Assembly: GCA_964016885.1 (NCBI GenBank)
Contig: OZ024753.1
Location: 5,084,001-5,148,000, forward strand
Direction of reading: 5' to 3'
DNA length: 64,000 bases
Origin: Eledone cirrhosa
Lineage: Eukaryota
Shown: piece by piece, positions 24,201-35,956 of the stretch
Layout: each line of letters begins with the position of its first letter
Position numbering within the stretch: the first letter of the stretch is position 1
The notes under the pieces: model-generated
The model's input: the letters and a program-made list of their open reading frames with translations, nothing else
The model's database searches: none
Told to the model about the DNA's origin: nothing
Made by a program: the position numbers and the translations under genes

Positions 24201-24281
<81 letters not shown>

Positions 24282-24530
24282 GGGGTTAGATAGTAAGTGA
24301 AGGGAAGTGTGAAATGGATGGAATAGAATCAGGTGTCGAGGACCTAAGAAGAAATGATAAGGAAAACATGAGACTTACCTGTTGGAGTCAATAGTGTAGA
24401 TTAGAAACTGTTTCTGAGTGTAGAATGGTTAAGAAAAGTTACATTAGTTGAGGCTGGTGGTAGATGTGTCTGTGTGCGACGTATGTATATTTTCTTTGTC
24501 AATGTGTATGCGTGGGTGGTGGCGGTGAGG

Positions 24531-24725
<195 letters not shown>

Positions 24726-24782
24726 TCATCATCATCATCATCATCATTTTACGTCCGCTTTTCCCTGCTTGCAAGGGTGGGA

Positions 24783-24935
<153 letters not shown>

Positions 24936-24974
24936 TATGTGTGTGTGTGTGTGTGCGTGTGTACACCCTCCTCC

Positions 24975-25029
<55 letters not shown>

Positions 25030-25554
25030 GAGGTGGGTGGGTGTTAGCATCAGTGAGCTAGACGTATATATATATAAAGAGAAAGGGAAAGAGAGAGAGA
25101 GAGAGAGAGAGGGGGAGAGAGGGGTAGAGAGAGAGAGAGAGGGGAGAGAGGGAAAGAGAGAGAGAGAGAGAGAGTGTGTGTCTGTGTGTGAGTGGGGGAT
25201 AGAAGTGTGTGTTTATGTGTGTTAAAAGTGGGTGTGTGTTGACATTAACCAGCTAGACTGCTGAAGTGAATGGGTTGGACATCATTGCTTCAGCAAAAGA
25301 CATGTTGTGTCTTGAAGAATAATTTCCTAAATGTTTATTTCCTTCTTTTATTATTGTTTATTTATTGCTTTTTTTGTTTGTTTGTTTGTTTGTCATTGGT
25401 TATTTGTTGTAGTTATTCACCTTGAGGCGGCGGGGTGGTGTTTTAAGGCACCAGAACTCATGTTTCTTGACACCATTTTTTTAGTTTATTGTTTTTCTTT
25501 TTGTGTGTGTGTTTCTTATGTTACATTTGTATTTTGTTTAGCTTCCCAATTTCT

Positions 25555-26205
25555 ACTGTGACGAGGGTAAACCCTCCTCCCAAGTTCTCCTGTGACGGGG
25601 GTAAGTCCCTCTCCGCCTCGCCGAACAACCAAGCTCCCAAGTTCCCCTGTGACGCGGATAACTCCCCTTCCCCCCGCCCAACAACCAAGTTCCCAAGTTC
25701 TCCTGTGACGTTGGCAACCCCCTCCTAAGTTCTCCTGTGATGATGGCAACCCCCTCCTAAGTTCTCCTGTGACGATGGTAACCCCCTCCCAAGTTCTCCT
25801 GTGACGATGGTAACCCCCTCCTAAGCTCTCCTGTGACGATGGTAACCCCCTCTCCCCCGCCCAACAACCAAGTTCATAAGTTCTCCTGTGACGATGATAA
25901 CCCCCTCCTAAGTTCTCTTGTGACGATGGTAACCCCGCCCCCCCCCCCCCCCCTCCCAAGTTCTCCTGTGACGATGGTAACCCCCTCCTAAGCTCTCCTG
26001 TGACGATGGTAACCCCCCCTCCTAAGCTCTCCTGTGACGATGGTAACCCCCCCCCCCCTCCTAAGCTCTCCTGTGACGATGGTAACCCCCTCCTAAGCAC
26101 TCCTGTGACGATGGTAACCCCCCCTCCTAAGCTCTCCTGTGACGATGGTAACCCCCCTCTCTCCCGCCCAAAACCAAGTTCCCAAGTTCTCCTGTGACGA
26201 TGGCC
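25555..26205. repeat. GC-rich minisatellite, unit about 32 bp (CTCCTGTGACGATGGTAACCCCCTCCTAAG)
   Basis: About 16 tandem units with variable C-runs. Confidence 0.9.
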
Positions 26206-26628
26206 TTTATATAAATTATTATAGGCTGTCGACCTCTTATTCTTTTTTAAATTTATGAGTGGTGGTGGTAGTGGTGGTGGTAGTGGTAGTGGCGGTGGTG
26301 GTGGGGGTAGTGATGGGGTGGGATGGTGATGGTAGTTGTGGTGGTGTTGTTGGGAGGGTGGTAGTTGTGGTAGTGGTGGTGGTGGTGGTTGTTGTGGTGA
26401 TGGTAGTGGTAGTATTGGTAGTGGTAGTTGTGGTGGTGGTGGTGGTAGTAGTGTTTGTGTTGTTGTTAGTGGTGGTGGTGGTAGTTGTGGTTGTGGTGGT
26501 ATTGGTGGTGGTGATGTGGTGGTAGTGGCGGTGGTAGTAGTTGGGTTGGTAGTAGTTCTGGTAGTGGTAGTAGTAGCAGTAGTAGCAGCAGCAGTAGTAG
26601 TGGTAGTAGTAGCAGTAGTAGCAGCAGC

Positions 26629-26678
<50 letters not shown>

Positions 26679-26957
26679 GTATCATTTACATGTAAATGAT
26701 TTCTAACTTTGGAACCTTGAGGGACCGTGTGCGTCGGGTCTCTATTGGTCTCGATGAGGAGTGCTCGTGAAATTAGCATGCAGGTGCTTGAGCATTCCAC
26801 AGCCACGTGTAGCCTTTACGTTGTTCGCTCGGTAATTCAGCATGCACACTGTGCGAACAAGGCTACCCTTCTGAAATACTGGTACAATTCATTTTTTTTT
26901 TTTTAATTGAGGGGACAGGAGCAGCTTTTAATCTGGTTTTGAAAGAGTGAAGGTTTG

Positions 26958-27210
26958 ATATATCATGTAAATACAGTTTAATAGAAAAAGAAAAAAACGG
27001 AAAAGGGAGGGGAGGGAATGGCAAAGGCTCTAGTGTCACAGAAGGATGGGGAGGGGAGAGGAGGAGGATTGGGTTCTGGGCCTAGAGCGCGGCGGTAAAG
27101 GGGCTGCGCCTCGCGGACTAGACCGCAAAAGCATTCCCGCGAACAATGGCCAGCGACACCCGCTGCAACAGCCACCCCACTTCGCGGGGCTCCTTCTTCA
27201 GACGGGTAGC
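26958..27210 (-). mobile_element. CRE-like retrotransposon 3' end
   Basis: EEPREVGWLLQRVSLAIVRGNAF plus a 3' tail homologous to 42148-42300. Confidence 0.75.
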
Positions 27211-27329
27211 CAACTGAAATGTAAACGGTGATATTTCTTCAAAGGTTTACCTTGACCCGGAAATATCTGATCAACGTAGAGAAAATATGTTAAAAATGTA
27301 TAGCAATTCATTATTTAGTACTTTTATAT

Positions 27330-27550
27330 GGCAGTGGATTGGCAGTATCGGTAGAACGTCGGACACTATGCTTCGTAGCATAGAGTTATGGCCTTTTACG
27401 TTCTGAGTTCAAATCCCGCTGAGGTTAGTTTTTGCCTTTCATCCTTACGGGATCGATAAAATAAAGCACCAGCAATACACTGGGGTCGATTTAATCGACT
27501 TTCCCCTCTCCCCAAATTGCTGACCTTGTGCCTAAAGTAGAAATCATTAT
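27330..27550 (+). mobile_element. tRNA-derived SINE (dominant family)
   Basis: Same family. Further copies at about 1-285(-), 1090-1225(-), 4500-4580, 6130-6312(-), 8880-9005, 9700-9790(-), 12835-13000, 13672-13760(-), 14055-14272(-), 27990-28140(-), 28540-28742, 34495-34810 (two), 37830-37960, 38900-39085(-), 47155-47260, 48208-48360, 50290-50400(-). Confidence 0.85.
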
Positions 27551-27589
27551 TTTGTATTTTTATAGACATATAGTGAGGTTTGTCGTTGA

Positions 27590-27785
27590 CCGAAGTACAG
27601 TACTTAGGTCAAAAGTCGAAGGACAAAGAGAGGTTAGCACCGAAGTACAGTACTTAGGTCAAAGGTCGAAGGACAAAGAGAGAGAGGTTAACACCGAAGT
27701 ACAGTGCTGAGGTCAAAGGTCGAAAGACAAAGAGAGTTTAGCACCGAAGTACAGTGCTGAAGTCAAAGGTCGAAGGACAAAGAGA
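27590..27785. repeat. Tandem repeat, about 50 bp x 4
   Basis: CCGAAGTACAGT..GGTCAAAGGTCGAAGGACAAAGAGA repeated. Confidence 0.9.
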
Positions 27786-28223
27786 AGCTAGCATATTGTC
27801 CTCTGTTGGTTCTAACTTGCAGTGTATACGAAGTCGAGTCGTAAGGGCGCCGAAGTGATATACGGCAGAGCCCATTCCTTCTGAATGTCTGAACTCAACC
27901 GATTTCTCCCAGAGAAGGAGATTAAGTGAGTGAGAAAGAGAGAGAGATGGAAAGAGAGAGAGGGGGTAGTTAGAAAGGGATACAGAGGAAGAATCGACCC
28001 CAGTACTGGGTGGGTACTTTTTTTTATCGACCTCGAAAGAATGAAAGGCAAAGTTGACCTCGGCGGGATTTGAACTCAGAGAGCAGAGAACCAGAACAAA
28101 TACCGCAAAACATTTTAACGACTGTCAATTCACCGCCTATTTTAGAAGTTTAGTGAAGTAGATAAGTGACGATTAATGAAGAATTACTCTAAATAAAGAG
28201 CAGAATATGAACCTTGTCCGAGA

Positions 28224-28397
28224 GCAGCGGTCGCCAACCGGTGGTCCACGAACCAATGGTGGTCAGAGAGAAAATTTTGGTGGTTCGCAGAAAAATGTTA
28301 ATGTATTTATCTTTTTTAAAAAATTCATATTAGAGGTCCGTGAGATTTATAATTATGAATTTAGTGGTCCGTGGGGTCCGAAAGGTTAGCGAACGCT
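28224..28397. mobile_element. hAT-type MITE (decayed)
   Basis: Ends CAGCGGTCGCCAACC / GGTTAGCGAACGCT; flanks TCCGAGAG / TCCTAGAG. Confidence 0.6.
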
Positions 28398-29597
28398 TCC
28401 TAGAGTGTCAGTTCACAACTTCAACAAAATTATCTGAGACTTTGTGACGAAGGGGAAATGGTTATTTCTCACAGTTACTTCACTTTCAGTATATATATGA
28501 CAAGGTATTTGCTAACAAGAAAAGGACTTGTCGGATTAACAGAATCGGTAGAACGTCGGACAACATGCTTTACGGCATATAGCCACTGCCTTTTAAGTTC
28601 TGAGTTCAAATACCGCCGAGGTTAGATTTGCTTTTCATCTTTACAGGGTTGATAAAATGAAGTACCAGTAATACACTGGGATCTATTTAATCAACTTTTC
28701 CCCCATTCCTTTCAAATTGTACCAAATGTAGAAACAGTTATTATTTCGTGAAACATCCAAAATACAATCTGGATATTTTTTGTCTTTCTGTCAGCCCTTA
28801 TTAATTCGTCCACCATTCAACTTTAGTCATGCCCAAAACCTATAAATTACTAAAAATGTGTTTTTTTAGAATTTACTAATGCCTTGAATTCTTGTAATGG
28901 CTTTATATCTATTGTCCTTGGTTCCTTTTTAGTGTTGGATTTCTTCGTCCTTTAATCACAGCTAAATGTAGCTAGGCCATTGTTTTTCAAGGGTAATAAT
29001 ATATATATATAAATATATGTGTGTGTGTGTGTGTGTGTAAAAGATAAACAGAAATAACAACACAAACGGTAGAGTATATGAAAATAATATATTAGTGTGA
29101 GGCTGAAATAGAAGGAAGAGGGCTTTAACGTTTCGGTCGCTAGTCCTTCATAAGAAGAAAAATAAGAAATGAGAATGATTGAAGGGACGGGAAGGACGGA
29201 ATCGGAAAAATGGTTTTAGTTAGAGAAAAATAACAGGTCCATTCATGTTGCCATCTCTTGGAAAATGTCGTGATTTCCAGAGGTTGACTGTGGAGATGGA
29301 CTTCTCGTCTTACCGTTGCTTTTTTTCATTGTCTTTATCCCCTGCTCTCCCTGTTTTAAATGTGTGCTGTGTGTGTGTGTTTCATTTTATCACGCCATCC
29401 ACCCCGACTCCACCCCACATAAAAACAGCTGATTGCTGCTTCTGCTGCTGCTAGTGCTACTGTTAATACCACAGCTGCCACTACTGCTGCTCTCCCAATT
29501 AAACAAACAATAAATTTCACTCAACTTCTTTACTGACTGGTCACACCAACTTTACATACTTATTAATCTTATTTAATATGCTTATACACACACACAC

Positions 29598-29656
<59 letters not shown>

Positions 29657-29657
<1 letters not shown>

Positions 29658-30048
29658 AGGAGGTGAGTTTTATTGTAGTACAATAAAGCAATGCAGATAT
29701 CGGATAAGAAGCACTCTACAGTTTGTAGGACTGGAGTATGCATAATATAAGATCAAAAGATGGTTAAAGGAGTTTCATGTATTTTATTATGCGCATTTCA
29801 AAAACAAACATCATCATGCAATAATATTTGTGTTTTCATCAGATAAAACAGGAGAACATGATATGAAGGCTAAAAAACACTTGTGGATATGTTGATTTAA
29901 AACTGCACTATCCACAAGTGTTTTTTAGCCTTCATATCATGTTCTCCTGTTTTATCTGATGAAAACACAAATATTATTGCATGATGATGTTTGTTTTTGA
30001 AATGCGCATAATAAAATACATGGAACTCCTTTAACCATCTTTTGATCT

Positions 30049-30056
<8 letters not shown>
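29657..30056. mobile_element. Penelope-like foldback element (family A)
   Basis: Near-identical to 62602-63037, with arms of about 148 bp and a different inversion junction; lies in (TA)n. Confidence 0.75.
29950..30016 (+). ncRNA. Minimal type I hammerhead ribozyme (family A)
   Basis: Same fold as 62931-62997; mirror copy in the left arm. Confidence 0.78.
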
Positions 30057-30102
<46 letters not shown>

Positions 30103-30404
30103 GTAGGTCCCGGGTTGAGTCGGGGATAACCACAGTAAGTAAGGTACTCAATACATGGCAGAGTAAATTTTTTTATTTTATAGAAGGAGCTTCTACAGGA
30201 CTAGTACTGTTTCATTCATTATATATATATATAACGAAGGAAATGTGGTAAGGAACCAGGTGGACCATAACGCACCAAAGTACTCAATACTTAGGGTAGT
30301 AGAGTGGGTAATAGGAACCAGTAAGGGGGTCTTACTGGTTCCTATATATATATATATATATATTAATTCCAAATATTAATAAATATAGACATTCATGTTA
30401 TTTA

Positions 30405-30466
30405 TTTTATCTGATGAGGACGTACTGAGGAAACAGCACAGTACCTCTGAAATATATATAATAAAA
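30405..30466 (+). ncRNA. Minimal type I hammerhead ribozyme (family E) in the loop of a foldback
   Basis: TTTTAT-CTGATGA-..GTACTG..CAGTAC..-GAAA-TATATA-TA-ATAAAA. Inverted arms at 30362-30397 and 30478-30513. Related copy at 63327-63387. Confidence 0.7.
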
Positions 30467-31544
30467 TATATTTGATCACATGAATGTCTATATTTATTAA
30501 TATTTGGAATTAATATTAATAACTCCAGAAAACTTCTTTGTTGAGTGCTTCTAATCTATTGTAAAACTATATTCATTGATTAATCAATGAACCTTGTTTA
30601 ACTTTTGGTTATATATATATACATACATATATATATATATACATACACACATATGTGTGTGTGTATATATGTGCATGTGTATGTGTGTATCTATGTATGT
30701 ATCTGTGTATGTATATATATATGTGTGTATATATATGTGTGTGTGTATATGTATGTGTGTATGTATGTATGTGTATATATATGTGAGTGTATATATCTGT
30801 GTATGTATATATATATGTGTATATATATATGTGTGTGTATATGTATGTGTGTATGTATGTATGTGTATATATATGTGAATATTTATGTGTATATATGTGT
30901 GAGTGTATATATATGTGTATGTATATATATGTGTATACATATATGTGTATATATATGTTTGTGTGTGTGTGTGTACATTCAGTTTTACAACCATATGATC
31001 TTATATACCTTGCTTTATTTATTCTTTATTATGGACTTATTTGTTTTCCGTGTCTCTCTCGCGCCCCCTCTCTTGTCCCTCTGTATTTCACTCTCTCTGT
31101 CTCTCATACACACTCTCTCTCACTCTCCCTCTCTCACACTCCCTCTTTCTCTGTCCCTCTCCCCGGTCCTCTCTCTCCCTGCTTCTCTCCGTGACCCTTC
31201 TCCACTCCAACCCCTCTCTCCTGTTCATTGTACACTCATTATTAATTAGGAATTGTCCTAAATTCTTCCCTAATCACATCATATCCAATGGTGTCTTGTC
31301 GTACCGTTATGACATAAGATGTGTCTTTGGGTAGGGTTGAGCTAGTATATCTAATGGTATCCTAGTGAAACCGTTATGACATATGGTGTGTCTTTGGTGA
31401 CTTTTAAACCCAGAGGGGTGGCTAGCATATCTAATGGTGTCCTTGTGGTAACATTATGACATAATGGGTGTCTTGGGGACTTTTAACCCGGGGTGAGAGG
31501 GTAGCATATCTAATGGTGTCCTTGTGGTGCCGTTATGACATAAG

Positions 31545-32020
31545 GAATGTCGAGCCATCAACACTTTTTGGCATCACTAGAGGGTGTGATACGTCGGAAA
31601 TCCTAAATCATAGAGATATTCAGATAATAGCTGATGAAGGGAATGTCGCACCGTCAACTATGCTTGGTACTCTGAAGTTCCGAAATCATAGAAATATACA
31701 GTGATAGCTGATGAAGCGAATATCCCACGCTCAACCATGCTTGGTTACCATGGAAGGTCCGAAATCATAGAGATATTCAGATGATGGCTGATGGGGGAGG
31801 GGGAGAAAGTCCCTCCGTCAATCATGCTTGGTACCACTAGAGGATGTGATACTGTCGGAAGGTCTCCGAAATCATAGAGATATTCAGTTGATAGCTGATG
31901 AAGGAAATGTCCCACCATCAACTCTGTTTGGCATCACTGAAAAGAGTGATACTGTCAGAAGGTCTCCGAAATCATAGAGATATTCAGTTGATTGCTGATG
32001 AAGGGAATGTCCCGCAGTGA
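31545..32020 (+). repeat. Tandem repeat (77-107 nt units) carrying CTGATGA and CCGAAA motifs
   Basis: CTGATGA at 31631, 31708, 31895, 31995 (CTGATGG at 31788); GAAA at 31682, 31761, 31868, 31968. Confidence 0.75.
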
Positions 32021-33238
32021 AAGCTATATGTAGGATATTTAGAGATGAGATTCTCATTTTAGGCTGCTTAAAGCTCCGTGGTTTGACAACACATAGCGAG
32101 ACTAAATATTTATTAAATATATGCTCGTAACTACATGTGTGTGTATGAATGTGTGTATGTATGTGTGTGTATCTATGTATGTGTGCGTGTATGTATGTAT
32201 GTGTGCGTGTATGTGTGTGTGTGTATGTACTATGTGTGTGTGTATGTATTGTGTGTGTGTATTTATGTATGTATATGTATATTTATGTAATGTCCGTTGA
32301 GTTAGTTCCTAAAGAATTATGACACAAATAGCCTTCCGTAGATAATTTTTGTCAATCCAGTCAATTCTTCGTGTTTACTTTAGATTCGGACACCAACTCT
32401 CTTATAAAATGTACTATTCTACACTGAAACGATTTTTTATTTTTATTTTATTTTAAAAAAACAATCATTTTAATTCCTTTTCTCGGCTAAAATATGATTT
32501 TACTGCGTGAATTAAAGTTGCTGGTGCTTGGAGAAAACCCAAAAGATCGAGATGATAATATTAATATGTTATAAAACAATTGGTTGATTTCCTATTAAAG
32601 GTATGTATGTGTATTTTGCTTCGTATGAAAGGTTCGTTGGTAAAATTATATTACCTGACCTTCCAACCTCTTAAAACCCAAACGGAGAGTACAATGAAAA
32701 AAAGGTGCCCCAAAACGGGGAAAAATTAGGCAAAAGGGGGAGATTTTACTTGATGAAAGCTATACCCGTTTTCACAAGAGAAGACATCTCTCACCCACCA
32801 AAAGTGTGTATATGGGTGGGGAAGATCTCCTTGTCGAATGGGGAGAATTGACAGGTCTATGGAACTCGGTCGGGGAACTGCAAAAAAATAATTATATATA
32901 TATTATTATTATTATTATTATTATACCTGGAGACGAGTGTAAGTTGTAAATATTTACTGTTGGTCTCTCGATGGAAACAATAAAATACAAAATGCTGTTT
33001 ATCGATTATCAATAACCTAGTTTATTTTTCGAATATATCAACGTCTACTATAAATTATGAACGTATTATAGAAACATCAGAAATAAAGGAAGGAAACATT
33101 TCTTTATATTTTACTCCTATCAATGAAAATTCTTTCTGTCAATGATAAATAGAAGAGAAATTGACATAGGTTAAATATTTAGCAGACAATATTATTGTTA
33201 AGAATAAATAACTAAAATAAGCCTGTATTGCGTTGTTA

Positions 33239-33310
33239 GGGGATGTAGCTCAGTGGTAGAGCGTTCGCTTTGCATGCGAAAGGCCCCGGGATCGATCCCC
33301 GGCATCTCCA
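33239..33310 (+). tRNA. tRNA-Ala (anticodon TGC)
   Basis: 72-nt cloverleaf: acceptor GGGGATG/CATCTCC with the G3:U70 alanine identity pair, anticodon arm TTCGC-TTTGCAT-GCGAA, T-arm CCGGG/CCCGG, discriminator A, oligo-T terminator just downstream. Confidence 0.96.
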
Positions 33311-33314
33311 AGTG

Positions 33315-33323
33315 TTTTTTTTT
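33315..33323 (+). terminator. Pol III oligo-T terminator of tRNA-Ala
   Basis: T9 run 4 nt after the tRNA end. Confidence 0.8.
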
Positions 33324-33917
33324 CCCCACAAAGTCTTCGGAATTTATAAAAATTAGATCAATGTGACATCGTCTTCACCCTCATACTGTCACACACGCAT
33401 ACACTTTCCGCCTCTCTAAACAAATAACTTTCCTTTTCTCTAATCTATGTACATATCTCTCGTTTGGTACTCTTCTCTCTCTCTATGGAGATGGGGGCGT
33501 CGTCAGAACTTTCTATCTACCTCTTTCTGACACTTTGAAAACACACAGCGTTCCCTTTTTTTCTCTCTATGTACATTACATATCTCTCGCTTGGTATAGT
33601 AAAAATACACATTTAACCCTCATTACTCTATATTTACTTAATATTGAATCTATGAAATTTTGATATTATTTATTTTGAGAACAATACCTTAACATCAGTA
33701 TGAGTGGCCAGTTACAGCTGGTTTGAACAGAAAGTGGTGAGAGAATTCTGGCCAAATATGGCTGGTTTAAATGCTAAATGCTAAATCCTATATATAGAAT
33801 GAAACGGTTTTCGCCTCCACCTCTAAAAGTGGGAGCTTTGATGTGGTCACTAGAAATAACAGTCAAATCTTGGATAATAAATGTTTGATATTTTATTTAC
33901 AAATAAAAATACAGCTT

Positions 33918-35113
33918 CTATTTCTTATCTCCTTCTTTCTGTTTGGCAGACCTGGCAAATTGCTGGAAGTGAGTTAAGGGTTATTTTACATTAAAAAAGA
34001 AATTAAGTATATCAAATATTACATAAAACTCAAGTAGCACAGCTTTTCATACAACTAAGGCTACCTGATCGTGCTGGTGACACCCAGTCCACCCTGTAGG
34101 TGGTCGCGCTGGTGATATGACAAAATGTACCAAGTCCATCCTGTAGGTGGTCGTGCTGGTAACACCCAGTCCACCCTATAGTTGGTCGCGCTGGTGACAT
34201 GACAAAATGTACCCAGTCCACTCTGTAGTTGGTCGTGTGGTACCATGATGAAAAAGCACCCAGTCCACCCTTTAAAAAGGTAGTGGGACTGTGTGTAAGC
34301 ACAACATGGACCTCTGGCTGATCTGGGAGGTCAGTAGACCCATTTCAGATCTGCTAGCCAGGGAAACGGACATTAAATGAAAGAAGAGAAGAAATACTTG
34401 TCCGCTCTGCTTCCAGCACCACACACATACACTGGTTGAAAATCGATAATTCTCATAATTTATTTCACTTAAATCATTATCATTATTATTATTGTTAACT
34501 TTGCCTTTCATCCTTACGGGGTCGATAAAATAAAGTACCAGTAATGTACTGGCCTTGTGCCAAAAGTAGAAACAATTATTAAGGGCAGTGGATTGATAGT
34601 ATCGGTAGAGCGTCAGACACCATGCTTTGCAGCATATAGTTACAACCCTTTACGGTCTGAGTTCAAATCCCACCGAAGATAACTTTGCCTTTCATCCTTA
34701 CAGGGTCGATAAAATATAGAACCTGTCATGCACTGGGGTCAATTTAATTGACTTTCCCCTCCCCTCAAATTATTGGCCTTGTGCCTATAAAAGAAACCAT
34801 TATTATTATTCTCATCATTATAAGGATACCACCACCATAGGTCTGTTGTAGAGAACAAAACCATTTGTGTCTTCCAAAGCTGATTTTGCCATTTCTTCAT
34901 TTGGGAGAGTTATAAAAGCTTGGCCCCGAATTCGTCCTTCTTGCATGAGTCTGATGTAAAACCTGCAATCAAATGGGAACAAAGAGAAATATTTAATAGT
35001 TGTGTACATACCAGGGACATATAATGATTGATTTTGTCTAAATCATTTGATCTCTTTCTATCATTTATTGAACTTGAGTGAATTATATACATATAAATAT
35101 GTGTGAATGTATG

Positions 35114-35146
<33 letters not shown>

Positions 35147-35915
35147 ATATATATGTATGTGTGTATATATATACATATATCTTTGTATGGTGACAATTGG
35201 CTAAGTATTAAGCATTAGTTAGTTAAGTTAAAGTCTGTTTTGAGCTGTAGGGTCATCAGGCCAGTGCTTATCCCCAGTTTCCTTGGTGTTAAGTGACTGA
35301 GATTACACAACTCTCCCTGGACAGGTCGCCAGTCATCACAGCTGGGTGTAATGGAGCAACGTGAAATAAAGTGTTTTGCTCCAGAATACAACACAGGAAT
35401 TGAACCAACAACATTATAATCGTATGTTAAGCATCCATTGTTTAGTTTGAGTTACATATTTCAAATAATACTTACATGTTTCTTTCATCTTCGTTTTTGG
35501 AATTGATGTAATAACCAAATATCTTCCATAAATCCTGAACAGAAAAGAAATATTTTAAATATTTGTTATTTTAGTCAGTTTTATTTTTTTATTTCATACA
35601 CTGAAATTCTCTTTTAACCCATATAATAAAATACCCCCCACACCAATCATTCAACCATCCACCCACACCTAAAAAATGATGAACCCATGAAGGATTTTCT
35701 ATTGCTCTCTATTTGATCCTTTGACCCACTGGAATCTAAATTTCTTTCAAAACTACACCCCACATCTTAAACAGAGAAAGGATGCATTGGACAATGTCGT
35801 AAATATAGAAGAAGACAGGAGAGCCATGGTTGGAACTCTTTTAATCATATCCCTCCTCTATACAATAGATTATATAAACCATGTGAGTATGGAAAAGAGA
35901 CATTAAACAGTGATG

Positions 35916-35956
<41 letters not shown>

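Noticed and set aside
25516-26685. 389-aa ORF with repeated LPSSQESLGGG
   Set aside because: Read-through of a minisatellite plus microsatellite; variable C-runs shift the frame between units.
27330-27425. SINE heads as additional tRNA genes
   Set aside because: A and B boxes are present but there is no cloverleaf, and they run into the repeated SINE body.
32000-33917. USSE-type duplicated U12 5' splice sites downstream of the RNPC3 stop (known vertebrate autoregulatory element)
   Set aside because: No tandem RTATCCT motif seen on the minus strand; AATAAA lies about 20 nt after the stop (33892-33897).
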